Below, one piece after another: positions 14,004 to 27,210 of a stretch of 64,000 nt of DNA. Origin of the DNA: Octopus vulgaris (lineage: Eukaryota); the NCBI GenBank assembly GCA_951406725.2, contig OX597817.1, forward strand, positions 118,110,001-118,174,000, in the 5' to 3' direction. The notes under the pieces were generated by a model. That model saw only the letters and a list, made by a program, of their open reading frames with translations. It was not told where the DNA came from and did no database searches. The position numbers were made by a program, and so were the translations under genes. Position 1 is the first letter of the stretch; each line of letters starts with the position of its first letter.

Positions 14004-14512
14004 TGTGAATTTAAGAAGGGAATGTGTTGATTTTCTTTACTTTCTTTTATCCAAAGCCACGAATTTTTCAGCATCCTTGCATATATCTCAATTCGTGATG
14101 TGCATCTTCTTTCAACTTTACGGATTATGCGTGACATACTATTATTGCATAACTTAATCAGAAAGCAAAATCATATTTCCCTCGCAGCAAAATTGAATCT
14201 GCATTTTGTTGTTCAAAGAATAGTTTCATACGATTCAAAAAATTACTATTCCAAAAAAGAGTAAAATATTAATACGAATATTTCGTGTTTAAAACACAAA
14301 TTTAGTGAAATAATAACTAGGAGGTATAGATATTTGTTGCGCACTGAAAAGTATGATTTTATAAAGAATTTAATATATTTAGTAAGTTTCTAATTCTCAG
14401 AAGTAGAGAAATATGTTGAAGTCTTATTCATGTTCAGGAAAAGCGTAATAAGATAAACACCACTTGATTTATTGATAGGCATTGCACAACTATCAGTCAA
14501 TGAAGAAACTAA

Positions 14513-14549
<37 letters not shown>

Positions 14550-14551
<2 letters not shown>

Positions 14552-15330
14552 GTCTGTGTATCTGTGAGGTCACATGTGAAGTCTGTCATAAGTGCTCCTG
14601 ATAACGTAGAATCCAGTATAACCTGCTATATTGTCACGTCGTCTGTGACTAAGCTGTCACTCTCAGTAGGCTTGCCTGGTTTGGAGCGTTGCTAGAGACC
14701 CAGACTCAGCTGGATGAAGAAGAAGACCTGTCAAAAGGTCAAACGACTATCTAGCAATAGCACGTGCACTCAGAAATTATGGGCAGGTATCCGGCTTGTG
14801 GAAGTTCACTATGAGAAAGACACATGTTAGCATATGCAGAGAAGGACGTTCAACATTTTGAAGATCTTTTGCTTGAAGTCATGGTGCTTCAACATTCCTG
14901 AGTCTGCAGCCCATGTTGGCATTGAATATCTTGATCTTGATTGTCTGTGCATCATGTCAGTAGGGTCGATTGGGCCTGTGTGATGCGGCGAAAGCCTTGG
15001 ACTTAAAATTTTAGATTGTGCATTTGCAGCGACGTGACCCTCCAGTGCCCACTTATTGCAGCGGGCCTTCATTCTTTCTAGGCTCTATAAAAGAACTCGG
15101 AAGGTTAGGTTTCCAACCAGGCCTTTCGCAATAACTGAAAGACAGGAACTTGTGAAAAACCTGTCGTAGGCATGTTCACAGTTGTACAGAAGGTACGTTT
15201 CACGGCGCGCATAAAAGTCATATATACGAAGCCATGAGCGGCCGACTGCTGTTGCAATAACCTCATGCACGAGCACTCCTGCCATTTCGCATGGGCAATG
15301 GTCAGTGTCTTTCTTCCTCAGATACGAGTG
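14550..15330 (-). mobile_element. Decayed retroelement fragment with gag-like zinc-knuckle remnant; contains the right arm of the inverted duplication
   Basis: GC-richer block. Minus strand reads ARCNKWALEGHVAANA and the duplicated arm reads ARCNKC, resembling a CCHC knuckle C-x2-C-x4-H-x4-C. Confidence 0.4.
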
Positions 15331-15867
15331 AATAGCAATATTATATAAATATATAACATGCAACCATCTTTACGTAATGTTTCATCATATGAACAATTTG
15401 ATAGGCTGGCTACAGAAATGCCAAGGAGGTAAAGATTTGTGTATTAAGAATACGTCACGGATATAATAACAAACATCACGCATATAATAACAAATCCCTA
15501 CACTGTAGGAGTATATAGATACGTTTAAATATAAAATCTTTCATTCTTATTCTTTTCATAAATTATGCTTATAGTTGTCTGGTGCGATTCGCTGAGTCTT
15601 GTTTATAACAGAAGCCAGTGATTTTTAATGCGTAAATAAATTTAATCGAAGCAATGATGAACGTATATATCTGTGTTTTCTATAGTGTATTTTAAATATT
15701 GATTCAAATCTCAACCTGTAGGAGAAACACAATTATAAGAAAAGAATTGTCGCAGACACCAAATCTGCAAACATGCGTCTGAAGTTTTCTACTTCATAAT
15801 CGCTTGTATGGTGTACGAGGTATACTGCGAATATTTGGCAATGGCATGAATTTTGTTTTGTAATTGC

Positions 15868-16018
15868 CATGTGGTAATAAGCGTACTTTCCAAGCGCATG
15901 GTTCCGGGATCTGCTCTACTGCGTGGCATCTTGGGCATTTCATCTGCTATAGTGCCGGGATGATCAGATTCTCGTGAATGGATTTCGTTGACGGAGACTG
16001 AAAGAATCTTGCCGTATA
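15868..16018 (+). mobile_element. Degenerate 5' half of SINE family A
   Basis: TGTGGTAA...GGTTCCGGG...CTGCGTGGCA...GACGGAGACTGAAAGAA matches the 21705 copy. Confidence 0.7.
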
Positions 16019-16019
16019 A

Positions 16020-16069
<50 letters not shown>

Positions 16070-16917
16070 TATATATGTATGTATGGATTTTTGTTTTTGC
16101 TTGACTTAACCCTATAAGAGACCAATGACTAATGCGAGTAAATGGCAAGATATGAAAGGTACCTATCTTTGGAAGGTATGGTGTATGTATATGTTATCGA
16201 TAGTTCATACTGCATGAACTCTCGGTTTTAGAGAATACTTTCATTGAGATGAAAACTATCATACCAAAAGCATGAGAAAAAAGAGAAACACGATTAAGTA
16301 TAATATTTTGCAACGAGACAGATTATTTAAGCATGCTTCATTCCATAATTAACTTTATGATATCATATATTTTAAATGTTGTTGGAACTATTCTGCACTA
16401 TTTTAAGAAACGCAATAATATAGTTCAAGAATTGTTTTTTTTTCTACAACATTTTTATAAATGAATTTTTCAAATATTTTCTGGCACTCGATTATTCAAA
16501 CGATTGATTGAGGTCAGCAGTTCTACAACATATCGACAGAGGCATTTTTAAACAAATCAAAATATTAGTCATTGATATTTGACTGGCTTCATTCATCTGT
16601 TTAAATGAAGCTCCTCGTATATATGTGTTCTTGTGTGTGCTTATGTTTGTGTGTCGGTTTTTGCCCACCCTGACATCGCTTGACATCCGATGCTGTACCT
16701 GGCATACAAAGAATAAGTCCCGGGGTCGATTTTACATACATACATATATACATACACACACACACAAACACACACATATATATATACATTTATACATATA
16801 CATATATATGTATATATATCCAAACGGACACACTATAATGCATCTCTTCGTTGCCTGGCTATTATGACATGCAACCATATTGTATTGTGTTCCTTTCTTA
16901 TGAGATGCATCAACAGT

Positions 16918-17018
16918 AGAGGTGCAATGGCCCAATGGTTAGGGTGGTGGACTCGCGGTCGGAGGATCGCGGTTTCGATTCCCAGACCGGGCGTTGTGTG
17001 TGTTTATTGAGCAAAAAC
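16918..17018 (+). mobile_element. 5' tRNA-derived head of SINE family B
   Basis: Near-identical to 54504-54605, with A-box-like TGGCCCAATGG and B-box-like GTTTCGATTCC. Confidence 0.85.
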
Positions 17019-17533
17019 CGGGTTTTTTTATAATTTTTCTTTTGCATTTATCCATATAGAAAAATATAGAGATTACGAATCTGGGAAATATATATATTTT
17101 TTGTTAAGTTTAACTTTAACACTCAGTGCCCCTTCCCTCACCATGCAGACCCACCAAAAAGCTAAAAACACCCAATGTTTCATTTTCATCTGATCTTTCA
17201 CGCATGCGAACAATTGTACTGAAATAGCAGACGTGAAACTTATTAGAGCACCACCAGAGAAAAACCGACATGCTAGAAAGAAGAGTTAAACGACATTCAC
17301 TCGGTCTCTGTGTCTGTCTCATATATAGATTCATAAATACATATGCATACATTTTTGTATATATGTCTGCGTGTGCGTGTGTGTGTGTGAGAGAGAGAGT
17401 GAGTGACTGTATTTCTTCATAACATATAGAGAAATGAATGTCTTTTAAAGTACGCACTGTTATATAAAATGAGATGTCGTCGTCGTTGTAATCGTGGTAT
17501 GAAATGTTTACGATAGTTGACTTTTAGAAAAGA

Positions 17534-17819
17534 CTAGAAGACAAACCCGGCCTTGCTCAGGATTAAAATAGTTTATTGTTGTTTTACTTGTCTTGGTAGT
17601 TTAACCTGGTTTCATTCGGGTCTACACGGGCCACACTTTAAAAGATGAAGGATGTTGCTCTGGAGGCCACTTATTTCAAATGAGCAAACTCAAAATTGCT
17701 ATGCAAACTCGCCAGCAATTTTAACATTGGAGTCCAAATTTTTAGCTCAATCCGACCGCATATGCACACATTATATATATATACACACATATATTCAAAT
17801 ATCGATATATACACTTTAG

Positions 17820-17853
<34 letters not shown>

Positions 17854-17859
17854 GCATAC

Positions 17860-17907
<48 letters not shown>

Positions 17908-18696
17908 ATATCAATTAACATAATAAATATCTCATAAATAACATTTGTTATCATTATTATGTGGTGACGGTAGGCGATAATAATTCACCGTTGTAAAAGT
18001 CCTGAAGCGTGAATATTTAAACTTCAAGAGAGTGAAATATATTGCCGACACAATATAATTATTTACTATTTTATTCCTCTCCATTAATCACACTTGCGGC
18101 TGTCAACGATTTCTCTCTATAGATGCAGAAAGACGTACACAGAGAGAGAGAGAGAGTGGCTGGGAGAAAAGAGCGACAGAGACACAGCGAGTACGGAGAG
18201 GGAAAATGAGTGAGGAGAAGCTGTCAAAAGCCGTTATAGAGAAAATGAGGATGGAAGGGGAAAAGAGAGAGATTGAAGAAGAAAGGACGATAACCGTAAG
18301 TGAGAAACAAACACATGTCAAAGTCCGTTTAAAGATGTTGACTTTTCACTCTTTTTGCCATAGCAACCACATCTTTATAGGTTGCCAATGTTCACTATCA
18401 TGGGTCTCATCCTCACTACGGATTTAGTATCCCTACCAATTTTCTGCTCGATCCTAGCATTGGTTTGGCCGCTATTAACCGTCAAAGCAAAAGGTGCGTA
18501 CAATATTCGTCCAAGGACGATATAAATTATAAAGTAATTTTTTAAAATTGAAATATGTAAATGAAAATAAAGTTTATTTGGTAGTCGTAAGATTTCTGAA
18601 TATTTTGATACGCCACGCGTTACGTCAAAATCGGCAACTCAGTCGGAAGATACGCACACACAAACACCCACACGCGCGCTCTGTTATATATTTGGA
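17534..18696 (-). mobile_element. Non-autonomous Helitron-like element; 5' boundary uncertain, may extend to ~19020
   Basis: CTAG at 17534-17537 preceded by A (T follows on the minus strand) and an adjacent decayed hairpin CCCGG-CCTTGCT-CAGG. The architecture matches the 22304 Helitron end. A TC..ATATATAA-like start lies near 18696. Confidence 0.55.
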
Positions 18697-18985
18697 AGTG
18701 TCCCTGTCTTATGTTCTCTCTGTCTGTCTCTCACATTCCCTGAGTGTCTATCTCTTCCTGTCACCTCCACTTCCTCGATATGTCACATTTCCCTGAACCC
18801 GCATACTTTTGTACCCCTCTCATTTTTTCAACTAATACCCCAACAACCGTAGTCAGTCCATTATCGAATTTTATTGAAATCCAATTTGCCTATAATTGGA
18901 CTTGATGTTAGTTCAACACGTCGATTGGTGAAGATTGGTTCCGTGGTTTGGGCAGCAAGATGGTAAAAGACAGACAGACAGAAAT

Positions 18986-19020
<35 letters not shown>

Positions 19021-20059
19021 TGTAAATGTGTGTGTTTGTGTGTGTATGTGTGCGCCTATGTGTGTGTAGACACGTATATTATGTTGTGTGAATACATTTA
19101 TATCTTTCTATCTATCTCTATACACATATATTATCGCTGTGAGTTGCTGCAAATGTATATATCAAAGCCTTCAAGATATATCTTTATTTTGTGAAGTTAA
19201 TTGAGAAAAGAAAATTAAGAAGAATAAACACCGAAGATATATATAAAAGCCTGTGCTCGGAGATCATCTGGAACCACATTTTTGTTAAGTAGAATTCAGC
19301 AACAAATATCGTCTGGTTTATTGTTATACCGTTATAGAAAATTATATTGTTTGAAAATCAAGTAGTTTTGTAAATTTCAATAATATCTTCATAAATAAAT
19401 ATTTCAAAAGTATGCGAAGTTATTTCTTTGGATAACTCTTTGTCCTACAAAGTTATTTGTTTTCCTTCGGTTATATGAGTTTCGAGAGATAGGAATCCTA
19501 TTTTATAAGAAAAAATAAACTTAAATATAGCAAACTCCTCTAATGTATGAAGCATTAGATCTATATAGCTTCTCTCTTTTTCTCAGATCTCCATTCATGA
19601 TGTTATATATTTATCTTCGTGAAGCTGGAACGATTTCTTTATTACTCACTAATGTTGGAAATTAGACATTTATTATATTTTCCATCTTGATTCTGGCTTA
19701 TTGAATTTCTGTCTAGTCCAAAAACTAAATAAAATACGATAATATCCCAAACCTCGGAATATGTTACTTATCATTATATTTTCTAGAAAAGGAGTCTTTC
19801 ATAAATTAGGCTTGATAAACAAACAATTGAAACAGCTACATTCATATTCTTTATATGATAATTCACATAAAAAACAACTGTATATAATATATTTTACGTA
19901 ACTTCTTGTCCACAGAACTATACATTCAAATATGTTAGAAAAAAAAACAAATCACTTGATATATGGGCACTAATATTGGTTGAATACGTTACCTAACTAA
20001 TTTTCTTAGTATTCTTCGTCTCTTCCATAGAAAGCAAGGTGATTCACGGAAACATAGAA

Positions 20060-20790
20060 CAGGGTCCGTAGTATACTGAAAATATAGAATTTATAAATGT
20101 ATAAATGCTAGAAATATTTTGAAAATAGTTCACTGTGGAATCAATACACAGCTGTACACATGGAATTAGGTTTAGGTATAGCCGGCGTAGAACAGTGACA
20201 TCGATTGCATCGACTGCATGTATGATATTGTTGTTCAGTTTCTGTAATTAGTGCGTACGTCGTGCTGTTCAAGTATCTCCAGAGATAACAATCACAGGTT
20301 GCAAGGTCAGGTGATTGTTGTGACTACAAATATCTGCATATTATGCGTCCCTCAGAGAAGAACTCATATACTAGCTGCATGGACACTAGAGACGTATAAC
20401 AAGTCGCCCCGTCCTGCTAGAAGAAAATACACGTTTCTTTCGTCTTGAGTTGGTTGAACACAAAATTGGTTCAAAATATTCATGTAGACTTCCGTGTTGA
20501 CAGTACTGTCAAAAAATGCCGGTCCAATGACGCGTGTCCCTGAAACAGCACTCCAAACACTGATTTTTACTTCTTTTATTGTGGAGTGACTGCTCATACC
20601 AAAGAGAAGGTGAAGTTTCTCCACCGCCCAGTACCGGGTATTTTGTGATTTTACGTGGCCGGAGAGATGGAAGCATGCTTCATTCATCGTTATGTACTAG
20701 AATGGCTGCAGCCCACAATTAACAATACTATTCAGAAGTCATGTGCAGTAATCCATACATTTGCTCTAGCCATTCACTTTTAATTGCTAC
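20060..20790 (-). pseudogene. rosa/DD41D-like Tc1/mariner transposase fragment
   Basis: ORF 20364-20687 reads NEACFHLSGHVKSQNTRYWA...KISVWSAVS..VIGPAFFDSTVN, and downstream SPDLATCDCYLWRYL. These match DEAHFHLSGxVNxQN / SPDLxPCDFYLWG motifs. Confidence 0.8.
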
Positions 20791-20924
20791 TAGCAGTATA
20801 GACGCATATTGGAGTCGATCTAATCGACTAGCCCCCGCTCTCCCAAAATTTCAAGCATTGTGCCTCGTGTAGAAACGATTATTATATATTTATACATATA
20901 TATGTATTTGTGTGTGTACTACGG

Positions 20925-21300
20925 TACTCCGTCGGTTACGACAACGAGAGTTCCAGTTGATCCAATCAATGGAACAGCTAGCTGGTGAAATTAACATGCA
21001 TGTGGCTGAGCACTCCACACACATGTACCCTTGACGTAGTTCTCAGTGAGATTCTGCGTGGCATAGAGTGTGACAAAGCTTGCCCTTTGAAATACAGCTA
21101 CAACAGAAAAAGGAAGAAAGAGTGAAACAAAGTTGTGGCGAAAGAGTACAGCAGGGTTTGCAACGAACCCCTACCAGGGCTTCGCGAAGCATTAAGTGTT
21201 TTCGCTCAATAGACACTCAGAACGCCCGGTCTGGGAATCGAAATTGCGATCCTGTGACAGCGCGTCCATTGCCCTAAACACTGGGCCATTGCGCTTCCAC
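20925..21300 (-). mobile_element. Full-length diverged SINE family B
   Basis: Diverged reverse complement of 54504-54889 over essentially its whole length. Confidence 0.85.
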
Positions 21301-21401
21301 ATACAGACACACACACACACACACACGCACACACACATATAGGGTATATTAAATCTGTGAGCGATAGAAAAACTTACATACATTATACATACATACATAT
21401 T

Positions 21402-21503
<102 letters not shown>

Positions 21504-21704
21504 TATTAGGATGTATAAATGCTCGACTTATAGCGCAGATCCAGGAGATCCAAGGTAGCCAGATGTCACATACGTGTCTTAAGAATCAGTGATCACACCA
21601 GTGTGGGAGTTAATTCCGGGGAGGAGCGAGACGTATTTTGGACACTACAGGAAAAATTGAGAGCGGAGACAAACGCTCAAGATGTTAAGTCATTTATTTC
21701 TTCA

Positions 21705-22129
21705 GGCGTAGCTGTGTGGCAGGCAGCTTGCTTACTAACTACGAGGTTCCGGGTTCAGTCCCACTGCGTGCCCCCTTGGGCAAGTGTCTTCTACTATAGC
21801 CTCGGGCCGACCAAAACCTTGTGGGTGGATTTGGTAGACGGAAACTGAAAGAAGCCCGTCGTATATATATATATATATATACATATGTGTGTGTGTGTGT
21901 GTGTACGTTTGTGAGTCTGTGTTTGTCCCCCTAACATCGCTTGAGAACTGATGCTGGTGTGTTTAGGTCCCCGTAACTTAGCGGTTCGGCAAAAAGTCAC
22001 CGACAGAATACGTACTAGGCTTACGAAGCATAAGTCCTCGGGTCGATTTGGTCCACTAAAGGTGATGCACCAGCATGGCCTCAGTCAAATGTCTGAAACA
22101 AATAAAACACTAGAAAAGAGAGTAAAGAG
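21705..22129 (+). mobile_element. Full-length tRNA-derived SINE family A with internal (TA)n(TG)n
   Basis: A-box-like TAGCTGTGTGG, B-box-like GGTTCAGTCCC, an internal microsatellite and an A-rich GTAAAGAG tail. Several other copies occur in the window. Confidence 0.85.
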
Positions 22130-22303
22130 TTATCATCAACATATGTTTCGATGGATGCATTCCAAATAAATCCGACTAGATGAATAATGTGGAGTAATGC
22201 ATCTATCCTATCAGGGAGGATATAAATCACATTGCTCATTAATTAGACATTTTAATAGATGTAAGAAACTCCAATACGTTACGTATATATATATATATAT
22301 ATA

Positions 22304-22356
22304 CTAGCTGAAGGTGACCCGCTCTACGCGCGGGTAAGAGTGTGGTATATATATAT

Positions 22357-22424
<68 letters not shown>

Positions 22425-25400
22425 CAGATATATGCACTTTGTATATATAAAAATTATTATATATACATATTTATATATAGATACACACACACACATATAT
22501 AAATTAACCCCATAAATATCTGAATCATAATATTTGTTGTCATGATTGAGTGGTGGTGGTGGTGGCGATGATAATTATCTCTATGAATACAGACAGACGT
22601 AGAGAGTGAGAGTGTGTGAAAGCGCTGTGGAAGGCAGGGAGGGGGGATAACGGACGCTGTGAAACGACGTTATAAAAAGAAAGTGAATGTAAGGGAGGTA
22701 GACGCTGTGAAGCGACGTTATAGATAGAACGTGAAAGGAAGGGAGAAAAGTGAGTGAGTGATGGAGGAAGACAGATACATAAAAGAATGATAGTGTTGGA
22801 TGTTTTGTTTATTGGACCAATGTATTAAGGTAGTATTGTTTTATTGTTTTAAAACGAAAGAGGCAATGTGTTTGTTTCAAAAATAAAAAAAAACCTGTAA
22901 TAGTGAATGAAATTAGAAATCACACCCAGCTCAGTTTTGTAGAAAGAGTATCATGACGTGAACTCATGGGTTGGGAGTTTGATTGAGAGAGTTTATATGG
23001 TGACACATGCCAGTCCTTTCGACACCACCTAAACAATGGAATAGTGTATAAAATGTAATTAACAACTCATTCACTTTATGAATGTCTTATGTTAGCGAAG
23101 AAACAATAACTTGACAAAACCGTTTAATGGAGACGTAGAAGGAATCGGAAAATGAGGAATAAAGAGAATGAGTTGGATCAAATGTTTGCAAACATCTGAA
23201 CTCAATGTTCTTTATGAACCATGTTCTTTTTAATGTCTTTATTTTCAAGAATGAAGAGACAATGAAGAGCTGCAAAATAAAAAATCAAGCAAAATTTCAT
23301 GACTTACAATCAGTTTTCTTTTGTCAGAGCCTCCTGATAAACCACGTTCCTTGTGCGCTCATGATTGCCAAGAATGAAGAGTTTATGTGGATTTCCAACT
23401 CGAGAACAGGCTACGTACAAGTGACCATGACTGAAAACCGGTTGTGACAGGTTAATGCCTACAATGTCCAGTGATTGTCCCTGTGACTTGTTGATTGTCA
23501 TCGCGAAGCATAGTTTTATCGGAAATTGAAAGCGTTTAAACTGAATGGCAACATCAGAGGGTGAAATGCTCATTTTATGTATCATTTTGATTGTTCCTAC
23601 AAATGGTCCACTCAAAATTTCAGCAGTTATAACATGGTTTTGAATCCTCCTTATAACCATTCGGGTTCCATTGCATATTTCAGGCGTTTCCATATTTCTG
23701 AGCACCATGATTGGAGCACCAACTTTCAAACACAAATGATGAGGTGGAAGTTCCGGAGGTGTTAGCTTGTTGAGTAGCTCGGGTGGATATTTGACTGCAT
23801 CATTCTCATTTTTATTTGTATCGATGGACATGAAAGAAACTATCTCACCAGGAATCATATCAAGTACTTGTTTATTTGTAGCATCAGCTGTTGTATTATG
23901 AGGCGATAGAATAGCTCTTGCTCTTAGCCAATCGAGATCCTGGAAGTTGGTTTCGACGTCAGGTAAAACGGCTCTTATAAGTTCTTCTACATTTGGAACG
24001 AAATTCTCAAAAGGCAACCGAATATGCTCATCATCAACGAAAAGCAAAACTCCATCACCAAGATCTAATAGGTGTTTTGCGAAAGCCTCAGACTCCACAT
24101 CACCATGTAGGTGGACTCTCATGTTTGTTTGAAGATGGCGACTGATAACACTGTGCCACACATAAGAATGCTTTATACATGCATTAACCTCATCGGCTCT
24201 AGTGCCTGCTCGGACAACAGGAAGAGTTTGTCGAAAATCTCCTGCCATGAGAAACGTAGCTCCACCCATTATTTTTGTATTGTGACGCAAATCTTGGAGA
24301 GTTCTGTCAAGAGCCTCAAACATGGCCTTATTACTCATTGTAGCCTCATCCCAAATAAAAAGAATGCATTCACGAAGAAGTCTTGCTCTTCAGGAACTAC
24401 GATCTATATTACATATAGGATTATCTTTCTTTCCAATGTCCATGGGCAATTTGAATGCACTATGTGCCGTACGGCCGCCTTGAAGCAGTGTCGCTGCAAT
24501 ACCACTTGAGGCACATGCAATGGCAACTCTACGTTCAGCGCGCAGCTTTGCGAGAATCAAATTGATAACGGAAGTTTTACCAGTACCACCTGGAGCATTC
24601 AAAAAGAAAAGCTTTCCTTGGTTCAATCTAACGCTGTCAATAATTTCATTATAAATCTCTCTTTGTTCAGGCAAAAGTCTTGGTTCATCTCGCGTAATTG
24701 TTTCCGTCAATTCGGCAATGTTGTAGTTTTTTTCTGACATGTATTCAACAACCAAAGGCGCTTCATGATGGACAGGTGTAGCAGATAGAATTCACTTAAA
24801 CCGCGTATAACATAGCGTCTGATGTGTCTGTCCATGTCGATTAATGCCTCATTATAAACATCGTCGTTGCCATCACGTAGCTCTAGATTAGCCTGTATGT
24901 CTTTTGATAGGCTCTGTCTGAACGATTCGCAAAGGTTAAGAGGGTTGCTGGGATTACAGTGGATTAATATGCTACAAACAATCGACGCATTTGCCATGGC
25001 AGTTTACAATTTGAGGCCTCTGCTAATGTCCTGTGTAAGTGGTCGTTATTGAGAAGTCCGCGCCTCAAACATGCTTCCCTGTAAGTGGCGCAGATGATAC
25101 CATCAACCGTGCGAAGATCAGCAAAAGACTTCGGTCCAGTAAGTACATGAAGTAGCATTCTCAAAAAGAAGATTTCCTGTTTGGTAGGATGAATATTATA
25201 CACACGCCCAATGACGTTCTTCTTAGAAACACCGGGCCAATTGTCAAGTTCTGTTCCATGTGACCTGCGCTTCCAATTATTGTTGTTGTATGTGTAATAT
25301 TCTGGTACTTCAGGGTAAATGAGAGTAGCAGCAAACTCATCAACTGAACACAATTTAAATGCTGTAAGCGTAGTCCCTTTTGGATTTTCAATGACTTGAC

Positions 25401-26641
25401 GTGCATTTTTCTCTGTGAAGTAAACCAGCTGTCTCTTCTGTAAATGAACATTCAGGTGGAAAACTGATGGTGAGCTGAGATGAATCTCATATCCAAAAAT
25501 GCGCCACGCTGCATAATTGGAGGATACATACCTACCCAAAACGAATTGTTTAATTTCGTCAAGTCTAAGGTCTTCATCACTGAACACAAACACAGCCATA
25601 TCATCGCCCTTATTACTGTACTTGCAGAGGTATTGTATACATCTCACCGAACTGCAGTATTCAACATTAATGTGTGCATTAAATGTTTCGGAAAGCAAAG
25701 GGTTGAATGGAACGATCCAGGAATTATCAACATCGAATGTTTTTAGCCGTTGTCTAATTGTAGCTGTGCGGCCACCCAAACCTGGGTCACGCCTTCGGTA
25801 GATGGGATATCCGTCATTCGTAGTGCAAGTTTGACCGCAATAGTCTCTAGGGTACCGCTTCGAACATCTTTTATTCTTCATGCATGGACTTCTCGGATTA
25901 AAGTCACCACATAGATCGTGAATCATATGCTTTGTCACACTGCTGTGCAGCTGAGGATCAACATTTTGATCGGGCAACTCAGCAGATATAATTCTGTCAA
26001 TATCCACAGGGTGGATTCTATCCTGACACCAGGCTAGCATGGGGCCACATATAGGTGTGTGTGTGTGTGTGCACGCTGTAGAAATTAAATTAGAGATAAA
26101 ACCACTAATAGGGAAATGAAACAGTAAAAAACCAAAAACAAAATCATAAAAATGAAAATATAATATTAGATATATGTATATATATGTGTGTGTGTGTGTG
26201 TGTGTGGGTGTTGACAGGTAGACAGTAGAATGCGATGGCGATGGCGATGGCGATGGCGATGTAATATTTGTTTCTGTCTATGAACGCAGATAGATACATA
26301 AGTAAAATGTATGGGAAGCTAAGAGATAGAGTGGGTGAAAATGTTCTTGGAAGAGAGGAAATAGCGAGAGAGTGAATTGAGGAAGACTTTACATTAAATA
26401 ACTGCAGTGGACTTGTGAAATGAAGAGGAGTGAGAGGGCACTGGAGGAAATAGCGTGAGTGAGGAAGATGACCCTTAGTAACCACACCTTTTAAGATAGG
26501 GATTTCTAAGGTGGCCCACGAGCATCGTCACGTCATTCTACATGTCCCTGTAAATTTTGGAGCGAATCGGACGGGATGTAGTGGCATTGAAAGCGATCCA
26601 AGCGGTAAAAACGCATTTCAGTTTTATATATAGAGAGAAGA
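22304..26641 (-). mobile_element. Helitron with both termini, ~4.3 kb, internally deleted
   Basis: Minus-strand 5' end A|TC..TCTATATATAAAAC near 26641. The 3' hairpin ACCCGC-N7-GCGGGT (22317-22335) is followed by CTAG|T (22304-22307). Internal RepHel coding sequence is present. Confidence 0.9.
23310..26040 (-). pseudogene. Helitron RepHel: Rep C-terminal part plus PIF1-family helicase, 5'-truncated
   Basis: Rep features: IISAELPD, KHMIH..CG and YLCKYSNKG (two catalytic Tyr). Helicase features: Walker A APGGTGKT, ASSGIAA, IWDEA, GDFRQTLPV, AMTINKSQGQS, HGHLYVACSRV. Split into 4 ORFs by 2 frameshifts and a stop at 24390. Confidence 0.95.
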
Positions 26642-27127
26642 TATATATATATGCGTTGACAGAATACACAAATACACACATAAACACGCATGTATATACA
26701 TATGCAAACATGCGCACATATATTGATATACTTATATAAATAATAATTTCTGAAATTTATCTTTATTCTTTGTTCTTACTTCTCATATTCTCGGCGCTTC
26801 CTTTCATCTTTCCCTTCCGTCTGTAATATCTTCCCTATTTGCTCGTACCTCCTTATCTCCCTTAACTGTTCTTCTTTTGTTCCTTCTTTCTTCCTCTATA
26901 ACCTCTTCTTCTCTCGTTGTATGGCGTCTGTGTTCTCAATGGCATGTTTTAATTACTAGCGTTTCCTTCGCAACTCCACTTTCGATATATGTGTAAGCAT
27001 GTGTGTTCGTACGTGCCCCTGTATGTATATGCATGTATATATATATATATATGTCTGCGTGTGTGCATATTCATATACATGTGTATGTGTGCGTATGTGT
27101 GTTTATGTGCGCATGTATGTATGTATA

Positions 27128-27210
<83 letters not shown>

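Noticed and set aside
23310-24338. 342-aa ORF as a host PIF1 helicase gene
   Set aside because: It is continuous with a Helitron Rep domain and enclosed by Helitron termini.
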